Origin: a virus
Virus record (IMG/VR): IMGVR_UViG_3300030090_003995
Span: 23,980-87,979 of that record
Strand: one strand, 5' to 3'
Length of the DNA stretch: 64,000 nt
Positions 10,348 to 18,477 of the stretch are shown one piece after another. Under the pieces are notes generated by a model that worked only from the letters and a program-made list of their open reading frames with translations, ran no database searches and was not told the origin of the DNA. Position 1 is the stretch's first letter; every line of letters starts with the position of its first letter. The translations under genes were made by a program, and so were the position numbers.

Positions 10348-10355
10348 TTTAAGTA
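10348..10355 (+). promoter_or_regulatory. putative archaeal TATA box for the protease/capsid operon
   Basis: TTTAAGTA in the short intergenic gap, ending about 22 nt upstream of ATG 10377. Confidence 0.4.
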
Positions 10356-10376
10356 GTCAATCGGAGATGGTGATTC

Positions 10377-11714
10377 ATGGCGAGCGCAACGCTTCAACAA
10401 AGTGCGACAATTAGAACAAATAATCCTTCTGATTTTCAAATAATTAAATCTGATGATTTATACATTGGTGGATATGCTTCTATTGAATTAGTAGATAAGC
10501 AAAACGATTTAATTACATTAGAAGCATTAAATGATGCTGTTAAAAAATTCATGCAAGCACCAAGATACAGAAACGTTATGAATAATCATTCAAATGTTCA
10601 AGTTGGTGAAGTAGTCAAAGAATATCGAGATAAGACAGGAAAATTATGGAAAACTGATGTTGATGATGTTGGTTTTTTTGTTGTAATAAAATTAAGAGAT
10701 GATATTGAGAAGGCTAAAGAAGTTAGTCGGGACATTAGAAAAGGTACTCTTCGTTCTTTCAGCATTGGGGGTCAAGCACTCGAAAAGCGTAAACGAGAGA
10801 ATGATGAATTAGGAAAGTTTAATGAAATTAGTAAATTGGAATTGCATGAAGTAACTATTTGTGAAAAAGGCATTAATCCAGAAGCAAAATTTGATATTCT
10901 AAAACAAGACAGTGGTGATAACATGACCGAAGTTACAAAAGCGTTAGAAGAACTAAACTCTCTCTTAAAAGAAATTAGAGGAGAAAGTGTATCAAAAGCC
11001 CCTAATCCAAAATCGGAAGAGGGATTTGAAATGCAAGAATTACCGGAAGGTGAAGAAAAAATGACAAGTGAATATTTAGACACTGAAGAAGAAACTGAAG
11101 AATCACCTGAAATGCTAGAAATGGCAGAAGGTGAAGAAGAGGAAATGATGGAATTAGCCTCAAGCGAAGAAGATGACCCTGAAAAGGAATTAAAGAGCAA
11201 AACAAGCCATACCCATGAAACACAATTAGTGGATGAGGCTGGTCTAGAAGTTGTAGTGGGTGGACAACCTTCAACAAAACATGGACAGCGTAAAGATATG
11301 GGGATTCCTGCCGGAACTGAAACCAAAAAGTCCATTTATGGTGGAGATACACCAACACTCGATTTGAGTCCTGAGAATCTTGAAAAGGCTTATGCTGAAT
11401 TTAAGGCTGAGCAAATGGAAAAAATGGCTTACAATGATATTAAGTCGTCTTTCCAAGCACGATTCGATGCTGAAGTTGCAGCAAAAGCAGATTCAATCGA
11501 GAAGGCAAACTATGACCCACGAAGTGAGGTCAACGAACTTAAAAAGCAGTTTAGTGAGTTAATTGACACACTAAAGGGTGAGAAGGAAAATGTTATCCGA
11601 AAGCAACAAGAGGCTGTTGATAACCTAAACATTCCTTCAGGTGATGATTTGGCTAAGATGGATTGGAATGAAGTCCATTTGGCTATGGCTCGACTAGAGC
11701 GCAATTTCCGCTGA
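10377..11714 (+). CDS. HK97-family prohead protease fused to an acidic/coiled-coil scaffold
   Basis: IGGYAS..VDKQND, MNNHS (His), SFSIGG (Ser), LHEVTI...NPEA; immediately upstream of the capsid gene. Confidence 0.9.
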   Translation: MASATLQQSATIRTNNPSDFQIIKSDDLYIGGYASIELVDKQNDLITLEALNDAVKKFMQAPRYRNVMNNHSNVQVGEVVKEYRDKTGKLWKTDVDDVGFFVVIKLRDDIEKAKEVSRDIRKGTLRSFSIGGQALEKRKRENDELGKFNEISKLELHEVTICEKGINPEAKFDILKQDSGDNMTEVTKALEELNSLLKEIRGESVSKAPNPKSEEGFEMQELPEGEEKMTSEYLDTEEETEESPEMLEMAEGEEEEMMELASSEEDDPEKELKSKTSHTHETQLVDEAGLEVVVGGQPSTKHGQRKDMGIPAGTETKKSIYGGDTPTLDLSPENLEKAYAEFKAEQMEKMAYNDIKSSFQARFDAEVAAKADSIEKANYDPRSEVNELKKQFSELIDTLKGEKENVIRKQQEAVDNLNIPSGDDLAKMDWNEVHLAMARLERNFR

Positions 11715-11742
11715 ATACGGATTAAAAAAAAGGTGATTAAAA

Positions 11743-13107
11743 ATGGTAAAATATATTAACACTATCGCTGACCTTGAACAAGCCACTTACGGTACGTTTG
11801 GTGGAAATAGCGACATTCTGAAAAGTGGTGGGTCTTTACTCGGACTTCACACAGCACACGATACAAACGCAACAAACGCATTTGTTGGAACTGCGGCTTC
11901 AAACCTCAGTAACTTGTATAACGTAATTTATGGACAGAAAGTTTGGTCAATGCTCAATCAAGAGATTAACCCACTTTCTATTCTTCCTAAGCGACCATAC
12001 ACTTCAAGCGGTTGGCGCGTATTAATTGACCGACCTGCTGGTGGAAGTGCTGCGGCTTTTGCGATTGGAACGCAAGATATTACTGCAACTCCAACTGCTG
12101 ATATGAGCGCACCTTCAGCCGATAGTATCGGTGGTGTGAAAGAAAACCACGCTTTGAATAGTGTTGGACTTTCTGAACTATCTCCAGAATATGCGACCTT
12201 ATTTATGAGTCCTAAGACTGTTGCGCATATGTTCGGTTATTCCGAAGTTGCAGCAGAAATGGCGAAAATTGATGATGGTATCGGTGATATTCGTAACATT
12301 GTTCGTGAAGATATGGGTAAATTCCACGCTGAGGTTCAGTCCAAAATGCTTGTAATGCCTCTTGAAAATTACGACCACTCAAGTTATGCAGATATTGAAT
12401 TAAACTACACTTCATTATTGAAGATTGTAGCAAGTAGTCAAGAAATGGAGGCTATGATTGATGCAGGTATGCACGGTTCAATGGGTGGTTCTTCATCAAC
12501 AGGCGGTTTAGTAGACCAAATGAGTTATTTGTATGGAAACAATTCTCGTGATTTGGTTGCAAATGCTTACAATGAATCATATATGGATGCTTATGTCAAT
12601 TATGGTAGTGGATATGCTGCTGGCGATGTTCGAGCATTAACTCTAACTTTGCTTAATACTACTTTGCAGAACCTCCGAACAAACGGTGGTACGCCAAAGT
12701 GTATCTTAACTGGATATGATACAATTCAAGCAATTGCTGATTTGTTACAGTCCCAAGAACGATTTATGGAGCGAAAAGAAATTGTTCCTACACATAATGG
12801 TGTTCGTGGTGTAAAGGGCCGAGAAGTCGGTTTCCGAGTAGCGACATATTTCGATATTCCGCTAATTCCATGTAAAGATATGGCAAGCACAGGTGAAGCA
12901 ACAGGTAAACTAAGCGATTTATTGTTCTTAGACACTGACCATCTTTGGATGGCTGTAATGAAACCAACTCAATACTTTGAGGATGGTATTAATTCTGGAA
13001 ACCCATTCGGTGTTGGCGCACTTGGAAACAAGGCCATGTTCCGAACAATGGGCGAAACTGGCTGTACTTTCTTTAAGGGACAAGGCAAGATTACTAACGT
13101 GAACTGA
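11743..13107 (+). CDS. major capsid protein (HK97 fold)
   Basis: Position after the protease; 454 aa; YGQKVWSMLNQE, IPLIP, LLFLDTD, QGKITN patterns of archaeal tailed-virus MCPs; AGGTGA RBS. Confidence 0.85.
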   Translation: MVKYINTIADLEQATYGTFGGNSDILKSGGSLLGLHTAHDTNATNAFVGTAASNLSNLYNVIYGQKVWSMLNQEINPLSILPKRPYTSSGWRVLIDRPAGGSAAAFAIGTQDITATPTADMSAPSADSIGGVKENHALNSVGLSELSPEYATLFMSPKTVAHMFGYSEVAAEMAKIDDGIGDIRNIVREDMGKFHAEVQSKMLVMPLENYDHSSYADIELNYTSLLKIVASSQEMEAMIDAGMHGSMGGSSSTGGLVDQMSYLYGNNSRDLVANAYNESYMDAYVNYGSGYAAGDVRALTLTLLNTTLQNLRTNGGTPKCILTGYDTIQAIADLLQSQERFMERKEIVPTHNGVRGVKGREVGFRVATYFDIPLIPCKDMASTGEATGKLSDLLFLDTDHLWMAVMKPTQYFEDGINSGNPFGVGALGNKAMFRTMGETGCTFFKGQGKITNVN

Positions 13108-13142
13108 GGCTTTTTAGTCATTAAAATAAAAGGTGATTAAAA

Positions 13143-13493
13143 ATGACAACACATACGGTAACTATTTTAACAGACCATAAAGGTGTAGCAAAGCCAAAAG
13201 TTAGTGGAGATGAATACGTCGTTGATGTTTGTGTAGATAGCACAAATATGCCATCAGGTGGAGTGACAGTTTCAGCATCAGAATGTGGATTAGCAACAAT
13301 TCACTGTGTAACAGTAACAGGGGCAGAGAACGGTAATCATTACAAAATTGTTCCAGAAATTGCGGCAGAAACAGGGGCTTATGCTTCATCATCATCATTT
13401 AAACTACATTATGCTGATGATTTAAGTAGCGGTTCAACAACAAGCGATACTAACGTAGGTTCAGTAAGGGTTCGTGTTTGGGGCTTAATTTGA
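13143..13493 (+). CDS. putative minor capsid/decoration protein
   Basis: Small beta-rich S/T/G/V protein directly after the MCP, same RBS context (aaaggtgattaaaaatg). Confidence 0.55.
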   Translation: MTTHTVTILTDHKGVAKPKVSGDEYVVDVCVDSTNMPSGGVTVSASECGLATIHCVTVTGAENGNHYKIVPEIAAETGAYASSSSFKLHYADDLSSGSTTSDTNVGSVRVRVWGLI

Positions 13494-13504
13494 GGTGATT
13501 TGGT

Positions 13505-13885
13505 TTGGCTAGACTATTGCTAAAAGACAGTAATCCAGAAAAATACGTGACAACACGTAAAACTGGAAGATTGAAAAGAGGTGAGTCTGCTGAATTATCT
13601 GCTGATAACATTGTAGCGTTCTTAGGAACGGAACATTGGGAAGTAACATTGAGTGAAGAAGAAGTTAATGGGTTAAGTGATAAGAAATTAGCATTAGCAC
13701 AAAGACTACTTAATTTGAAATCGAAAGAAGCGGTGTTAAACGCACTACTTCCTGAAAAGACAATCGTTCAAACGGTTACTTCAGCAGTTACTTCAACGGT
13801 AAAATCAGTAACGCCCACTTTGAATAAAAAGGTGACTAAGGAAGAAACTTCGGATGAGGCTATTTTAGCCGATGATTCCGAATGA
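13505..13885 (+). CDS. hypothetical protein (TTG start)
   Basis: GAGGTGAT RBS upstream of TTG. Confidence 0.65.
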   Translation: MARLLLKDSNPEKYVTTRKTGRLKRGESAELSADNIVAFLGTEHWEVTLSEEEVNGLSDKKLALAQRLLNLKSKEAVLNALLPEKTIVQTVTSAVTSTVKSVTPTLNKKVTKEETSDEAILADDSE

Positions 13886-13911
13886 TTCCGAATGGTTAAT
13901 ATGGTGGTCTG

Positions 13912-13934
13912 CCTCTCCCCAATACGGGGAGGGG
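13912..13934 (+). terminator. GC-rich hairpin after the capsid operon
   Basis: CCTCTCCCC-aatac-GGGGAGGGG stem in an AT-rich intergenic gap. Confidence 0.5.
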
Positions 13935-13960
13935 TGGCCCCAATTAAATAGGTGATAAAA

Positions 13961-14305
13961 ATGAGTCATGCAGGATGTAGAAGTAGTGGTTTAATTACCG
14001 CAGATACGTTAGTTAATACAGGTCAATGTAAGTTAATTAGTTTTCATGGTTATAATAATCATGCGACCGATGCTTGCACAATTAAAATTTATGATAATAC
14101 TGCCGCAAGCAATCCACAAATAGCAGAAATTTATTTGCCCGGAAAATTGTCATCTGTTATGGATGATACATCAGGTGGCGACCAAGAGGCTAGGACCGCA
14201 ACGGCGGTTAATTTTGAATGTGATTTTCATGCTATTCTTTGTAGAAATGGAATTTATGTTGATGTAACAGGTGGAACACCTCGAATATTTATTGAGTTTG
14301 CATAA
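13961..14305 (+). CDS. small beta-rich putative virion protein
   Basis: AGGTGAT RBS; alternating beta-strand pattern (IKIYDN, NGIYVDVTG). Confidence 0.55.
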   Translation: MSHAGCRSSGLITADTLVNTGQCKLISFHGYNNHATDACTIKIYDNTAASNPQIAEIYLPGKLSSVMDDTSGGDQEARTATAVNFECDFHAILCRNGIYVDVTGGTPRIFIEFA

Positions 14306-14314
14306 GGTGGTTAA

Positions 14315-14689
14315 ATGGCAGCAATTAATAAAGATACTAGACTAGTTATGACGATTTTATTCGTCGGTGCAGTAAGTGGAATGAATGTGTATTTCTATGC
14401 CAATTATGGCGCAGAATTACCTTGGACACCATTAAGTCATGCTGTGTTATTTTCTCTAATTACGATTGGGTTTGTAATGGGAATTAAAGCAGTATTTGAC
14501 TTAATTATGAACGACAGGATGGAATTATGGTTACTTGATAGAAAAATTAATATGTATTGGGAAAAGCGCAAGAGAGAAGAAACTCAACGAAATAAAATTG
14601 TTGATTCTATGCGCCAATATAATATGAACCCGTATATGCAAAATAACCAAGAAGTGCCAGCAGTTTTTCTTGAAGGTATTGAGCCTTGA
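14315..14689 (+). CDS. two-TM membrane protein (holin-like topology)
   Basis: Two hydrophobic helices followed by a charged coiled-coil tail. Confidence 0.65.
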   Translation: MAAINKDTRLVMTILFVGAVSGMNVYFYANYGAELPWTPLSHAVLFSLITIGFVMGIKAVFDLIMNDRMELWLLDRKINMYWEKRKREETQRNKIVDSMRQYNMNPYMQNNQEVPAVFLEGIEP

Positions 14690-14701
14690 TGGGGAATAGA
14701 T

Positions 14702-14914
14702 GTGCTTTTAGACTTATTTGGTTTAGATGAAACGTCTGTTGCTTATGATATGACAAGAGCGCATTCTGCTGATATATTATTTCTAAAAATGAGAGCAATT
14801 ATGTGGTGTATAACAACAGGTGTTGGGGCATTATTAATTGGTAATATATGTGGAGTATTTGGAATTAATTTCTTTGGTATGACTTGGGAATGGTTAACAG
14901 GGTTGTGGCATTAA
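14702..14914 (+). CDS. small membrane protein
   Basis: Hydrophobic Gly-rich segment followed by a Trp-rich amphipathic C-terminus. Confidence 0.6.
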   Translation: MLLDLFGLDETSVAYDMTRAHSADILFLKMRAIMWCITTGVGALLIGNICGVFGINFFGMTWEWLTGLWH

Positions 14915-15270
14915 TGAGTTGGCAAGATATTTTAAAGAATGATGAAAGAAACCCTAAATTTAGGGAAGGAGATGAATTGGAGGGCTATTGGATTAGTGAT
15001 TATATTAGTGATTATATTTTTGAGGGAAATAAATTACGCTCGGGTAATAGTTGGTGGGAAGAAGCCGCTGGTGAAGATTACTTGGATAAGTTATTAAAAG
15101 AATTCATAGAAAGTGGTGAAGAATATACTAAAGAAGCAGTAGATAAATGGTTGGAGAAAAATATAAGTCAAGAAGAATTTAATAGAATGGCTAAAGAAAT
15201 TAGAGATGATGATTACGGCCCAGACTATGAAGATTTTGGACCGGTTGAAGGATATAAAGATTATTATTAG
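14914..15270 (+). CDS. MSW-ILK leader protein (acidic)
   Basis: Starts MSWQDILK at ATG 14914 (TAATG overlap). Confidence 0.7.
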   Translation: MSWQDILKNDERNPKFREGDELEGYWISDYISDYIFEGNKLRSGNSWWEEAAGEDYLDKLLKEFIESGEEYTKEAVDKWLEKNISQEEFNRMAKEIRDDDYGPDYEDFGPVEGYKDYY

Positions 15271-15279
15271 GTGATTAAA

Positions 15280-15453
15280 ATGAGTTGGTTTGATACATTA
15301 AAAATGCACTGTGGAACTAAACAGAAAGTAGATGATGATTTTGAAAAAACAAAAGGAATTGCTAGACAGTTACGGCCTGATTTCAAACCTGATTTTAAAG
15401 AAAAAGATACCAAAAAGTACGGAATTAAACATCAAATACGTAGAGGTCAATAG
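15280..15453 (+). CDS. MSW-ILK leader protein (basic)
   Basis: Starts MSWFDTLK after taggtgattaaa. Confidence 0.65.
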   Translation: MSWFDTLKMHCGTKQKVDDDFEKTKGIARQLRPDFKPDFKEKDTKKYGIKHQIRRGQ

Positions 15454-15463
15454 GTGATTTCAT

Positions 15464-16132
15464 GTGTCAGTTGTTGCAGGTTTCGCAATTGTTTGTTTAG
15501 AAGCGGCAGGTTCATTTTGGAAAAAATTTCACGCAATTAATTTTGGAGTCTATGGTGCATCAAGAGTTGGAAAAACTACTTTACATAGACAATTACGAAC
15601 AAGAGGAGAAGTACCTGAAATCAAAAAAAGAACGGTCGGTTTAGAAAGAGCAACAAGAAAACTGGTTAAAATTGATAAAGATATGCACACAATCAAAGCC
15701 GCAGATATTGGAGGAGAATCAGCATATTGGAATCTTTGGAAAAAAGATATGAGAAAAAGAAAACCAAAACACGTTATATTCATGATAGACCATCGGCATT
15801 TAGAAAGTAATGTAAATATGGATAACCAATTAGCATGGCAGTATTTTGTTGATTTAATTTGTGACCCATATTGGAGAGATGGAAAGAAAAAGAAAAGAAA
15901 AAAGGATAAAGATTATCCAAAGTCTATTGGTATATGGGCAAATAAATACGATTTATGGGGGAAAGAAAATGGATTCAACGACATTTCAAAACACCCTATT
16001 TTTGAACCATTCGCGTATGGAATGCAACGACTTAATGAAATTGGAATACCTTGTTTCAAATATGTCGTTAGTGCAAAATCCGACCCTGAAATGGTATATC
16101 GCGGAGTAATGACAATGTGTGATGATTATTAA
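15464..16132 (+). CDS. Arf/Sar1-like small GTPase (Ras superfamily)
   Basis: G1 GASRVGKT, G2 RTVG, G3 DIGGE, G4 NKYD, G5 SAK; hydrophobic N-terminal extension. Confidence 0.85.
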   Translation: MSVVAGFAIVCLEAAGSFWKKFHAINFGVYGASRVGKTTLHRQLRTRGEVPEIKKRTVGLERATRKLVKIDKDMHTIKAADIGGESAYWNLWKKDMRKRKPKHVIFMIDHRHLESNVNMDNQLAWQYFVDLICDPYWRDGKKKKRKKDKDYPKSIGIWANKYDLWGKENGFNDISKHPIFEPFAYGMQRLNEIGIPCFKYVVSAKSDPEMVYRGVMTMCDDY

Positions 16133-16142
16133 GGTGATTAAA

Positions 16143-16406
16143 ATGAGTTGGCAAGATATATTAAAGGATGATGCAAAATGGGGCAGAATCCATCAACATC
16201 TAAAAGATAAATTAGAAGAATATAAACGTGACTACCCGTCTGCAAACACTTTAAGTTTTAATAAATTTGACGAAATTTATGAAGATATTATACAGGCGGC
16301 TATTGAGGATGAACAACGTCTACAAAAATTGGCTAAATATGCAGGATTTAGTCATTTTAATCCTCAACATCAAGGAAAAAGTGATGTGGTGGCGTTTTAC
16401 TATTAG
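16143..16406 (+). CDS. MSW-ILK leader protein
   Basis: Starts MSWQDILK after taaggtgattaaa. Confidence 0.7.
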   Translation: MSWQDILKDDAKWGRIHQHLKDKLEEYKRDYPSANTLSFNKFDEIYEDIIQAAIEDEQRLQKLAKYAGFSHFNPQHQGKSDVVAFYY

Positions 16407-16415
16407 GTGATTAAT

Positions 16416-16607
16416 ATGAGTTGGGATGATATATTAAAATTAGAAACTCCCCTACAAAAACCATTGAATGAAGCGTTAAGATTGTTAGAACCAACCACGC
16501 GCTATGAGATGGATGAAAGCAAGCAACAATACCAAGATTTAAGGAATGCTATTACTAAATTTTTAGAATGGGAACAAACGTTTCTACTGAGCCAAAGAAA
16601 TAGGTGA
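16416..16607 (+). CDS. MSW-ILK leader protein
   Basis: Starts MSWDDILK after taggtgattaat. Confidence 0.7.
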   Translation: MSWDDILKLETPLQKPLNEALRLLEPTTRYEMDESKQQYQDLRNAITKFLEWEQTFLLSQRNR

Positions 16608-16612
16608 TTAAA

Positions 16613-17170
16613 ATGGGTTGGGAAGATATTCTAAAATTAAGATACAAGCCACCGAAAAAATTTGGATACGAAAGTGATGCAGATTTCAAGAGAAGATTGG
16701 CAGCATACGACCGAAAATATCAAAGTGACAAAAGTAGAGGTGTTTTAGGAACAAGAGAAGAAATTGAAGCCGATGAGCAACGTAAGAAAGATAAATTTGC
16801 TCAAAATCAAAAAGAATTAGAGGAATCATCAATTGATTGGAATAAAGCACTAAACACTATGGTTTTGCTAGAAAAAGAAGTAAAACGTAGATTTGAACCG
16901 AGAGGTAATGACCCCGGAGAAAGGATGTTACAAAATGTATTTATAAATGCGGCTAATAAACCAATGCGAGAATTAGCAGATATTTACCTCGCTCAACCTA
17001 AAGGTTCAGAAGGCGGAATAAAAGAATGGAATAGAGCAAGAAGGTATCTTGCTCAAGTTTTACTTGACCCTCGATATGTTGGTCTGTTAAATAATTTAAG
17101 ATTAGCGCGTGATGATGAGTCATTAGAAAGGTTTCTTGAAAATAATGGGTTTGGAGATGGTTCTGAATGA
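16613..17170 (+). CDS. MSW-ILK leader protein
   Basis: Starts MGWEDILK after taggtgattaaa. Confidence 0.7.
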   Translation: MGWEDILKLRYKPPKKFGYESDADFKRRLAAYDRKYQSDKSRGVLGTREEIEADEQRKKDKFAQNQKELEESSIDWNKALNTMVLLEKEVKRRFEPRGNDPGERMLQNVFINAANKPMRELADIYLAQPKGSEGGIKEWNRARRYLAQVLLDPRYVGLLNNLRLARDDESLERFLENNGFGDGSE

Positions 17171-17823
17171 GTGTTAGTTATTCACCTTCAAATTTAATTG
17201 GGATGGGCCAAGGTCAAAATTCAACAATGGGATTCACACCATTACAAATTGCTAGAATGCCCGGCCCTATTTCACCATACGAATATAAAAATATCAAAGA
17301 AAAAAAACAATTAAAGGAGATTCGTAAAGTACTCAGTCCCGAGAAAAAGAAATTTTTATTTTTAAAATACGGTTTTAAATTCAATGTTAAACATAGATGT
17401 GTTGTTTGTGGTTCATATCACGAATGGGAAGCATCAGATACAATGAGGCCACCAATTCCATTATCAGAGGTTCATAAAGGTAGACCATTAAAAGGTACAT
17501 TATGTCCTAAACACGCGTCAATGTACATTCAAATGGAGACTTTAGAACAACAAATTCTCGCAAACAATCACGGTTTAGAATTTAAAAAATACATTCCAAA
17601 GGCGAAAGTCCCTAAAATGATGCAAAGGGGTCCATTAACAGATTTATCGCCAGCAGACGTTACAACTCTAGTATCAGCAGGTTGGGTTGTTGAACCACCA
17701 AAAGGAACAAAAGAAACACCACATATGCAATATACTAGAATTATGTTGGAAGTTCAAGGGAAACTTTCACAGATACAAAAAATTATTCCTTTAATTGAGG
17801 TTGAAGAAAATGGTGAGAAGTAG
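17167..17823 (+). CDS. Zn-finger-containing hypothetical protein
   Basis: CVVC...CPKH ligands; basic, with a C-terminal helix. Confidence 0.65.
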   Translation: MSVSYSPSNLIGMGQGQNSTMGFTPLQIARMPGPISPYEYKNIKEKKQLKEIRKVLSPEKKKFLFLKYGFKFNVKHRCVVCGSYHEWEASDTMRPPIPLSEVHKGRPLKGTLCPKHASMYIQMETLEQQILANNHGLEFKKYIPKAKVPKMMQRGPLTDLSPADVTTLVSAGWVVEPPKGTKETPHMQYTRIMLEVQGKLSQIQKIIPLIEVEENGEK

Positions 17824-18463
17824 TACATTAAACTCGGCACTGGCGGATTCTCAGAATCAAAGTTTTAAGAGCATGAACAATCTCTTAACTTTGCAAGAGA
17901 ACCATGTAGAAGAATTTTTCCAATATCACGGGCCTGAATTTATGAATGCCCTTGAAAAGTTAATGGAAGATGTTGTTCAAAGAGTAGTATCAAATATGTT
18001 AGCAAGTTTGGAATTTGTTTTAAACCCAGCATCAAACCATATTACATTACAAGAAAAATGTCTTTCAGAATATCAAAAAATTACTCAAGAAAACATTGAC
18101 TTAGATATTCAAACTATTCTTGCTACGGCAGTAAATAGTGAAGTTATTCATCAACGTAAGATGGCTAAACAACAATATCTTGAAAGTCAAGGATTTAGCC
18201 CGCAAACAACTGGACAACAATATACAGTTGCTCAAGGTGTTGGAATGGGCGCAACATCCGGTGGAATGGCCGGAGGTGTAATGGGTATAAATCAAGGAAT
18301 GCAGAGTGGTTATCCAATTCCGCCTAATGGTTACGACCAAATGAATAATCCTTATTGGATTGACCCACAAACAGGCCAAATGTCATATACCCCGCCTAGT
18401 GGTGGAATTGGCTTAGGCCAAAAAATGGCTAAAGCAGCAGCATGGGCAAAGTGGCTAGTGTGA
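17810..18463 (+). CDS. coiled-coil protein with G/M/Q/P low-complexity tail and amphipathic C-terminus
   Basis: Helical N-terminal half; GMGATSGGMAGGVMG; ends KMAKAAAWAKWLV. Confidence 0.65.
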   Translation: MVRSSTLNSALADSQNQSFKSMNNLLTLQENHVEEFFQYHGPEFMNALEKLMEDVVQRVVSNMLASLEFVLNPASNHITLQEKCLSEYQKITQENIDLDIQTILATAVNSEVIHQRKMAKQQYLESQGFSPQTTGQQYTVAQGVGMGATSGGMAGGVMGINQGMQSGYPIPPNGYDQMNNPYWIDPQTGQMSYTPPSGGIGLGQKMAKAAAWAKWLV

Positions 18464-18477
18464 GGGGGTAAAATTGG

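Noticed and set aside
10772-11704. Antisense ORFs over the protease/scaffold, and similar shadow ORFs across the window
   Set aside because: They fully overlap well-supported genes on the opposite strand or in another frame, have no RBS, and their S/F/L-rich composition mirrors the real gene.
14911-16636. CRISPR array or integron attC sites
   Set aside because: The repeats are degenerate, non-palindromic, overlap RBS and start codons, and are separated by whole ORFs; no integrase is present, and the only Cas-like gene is a solo Cas4-type nuclease in the replication module.
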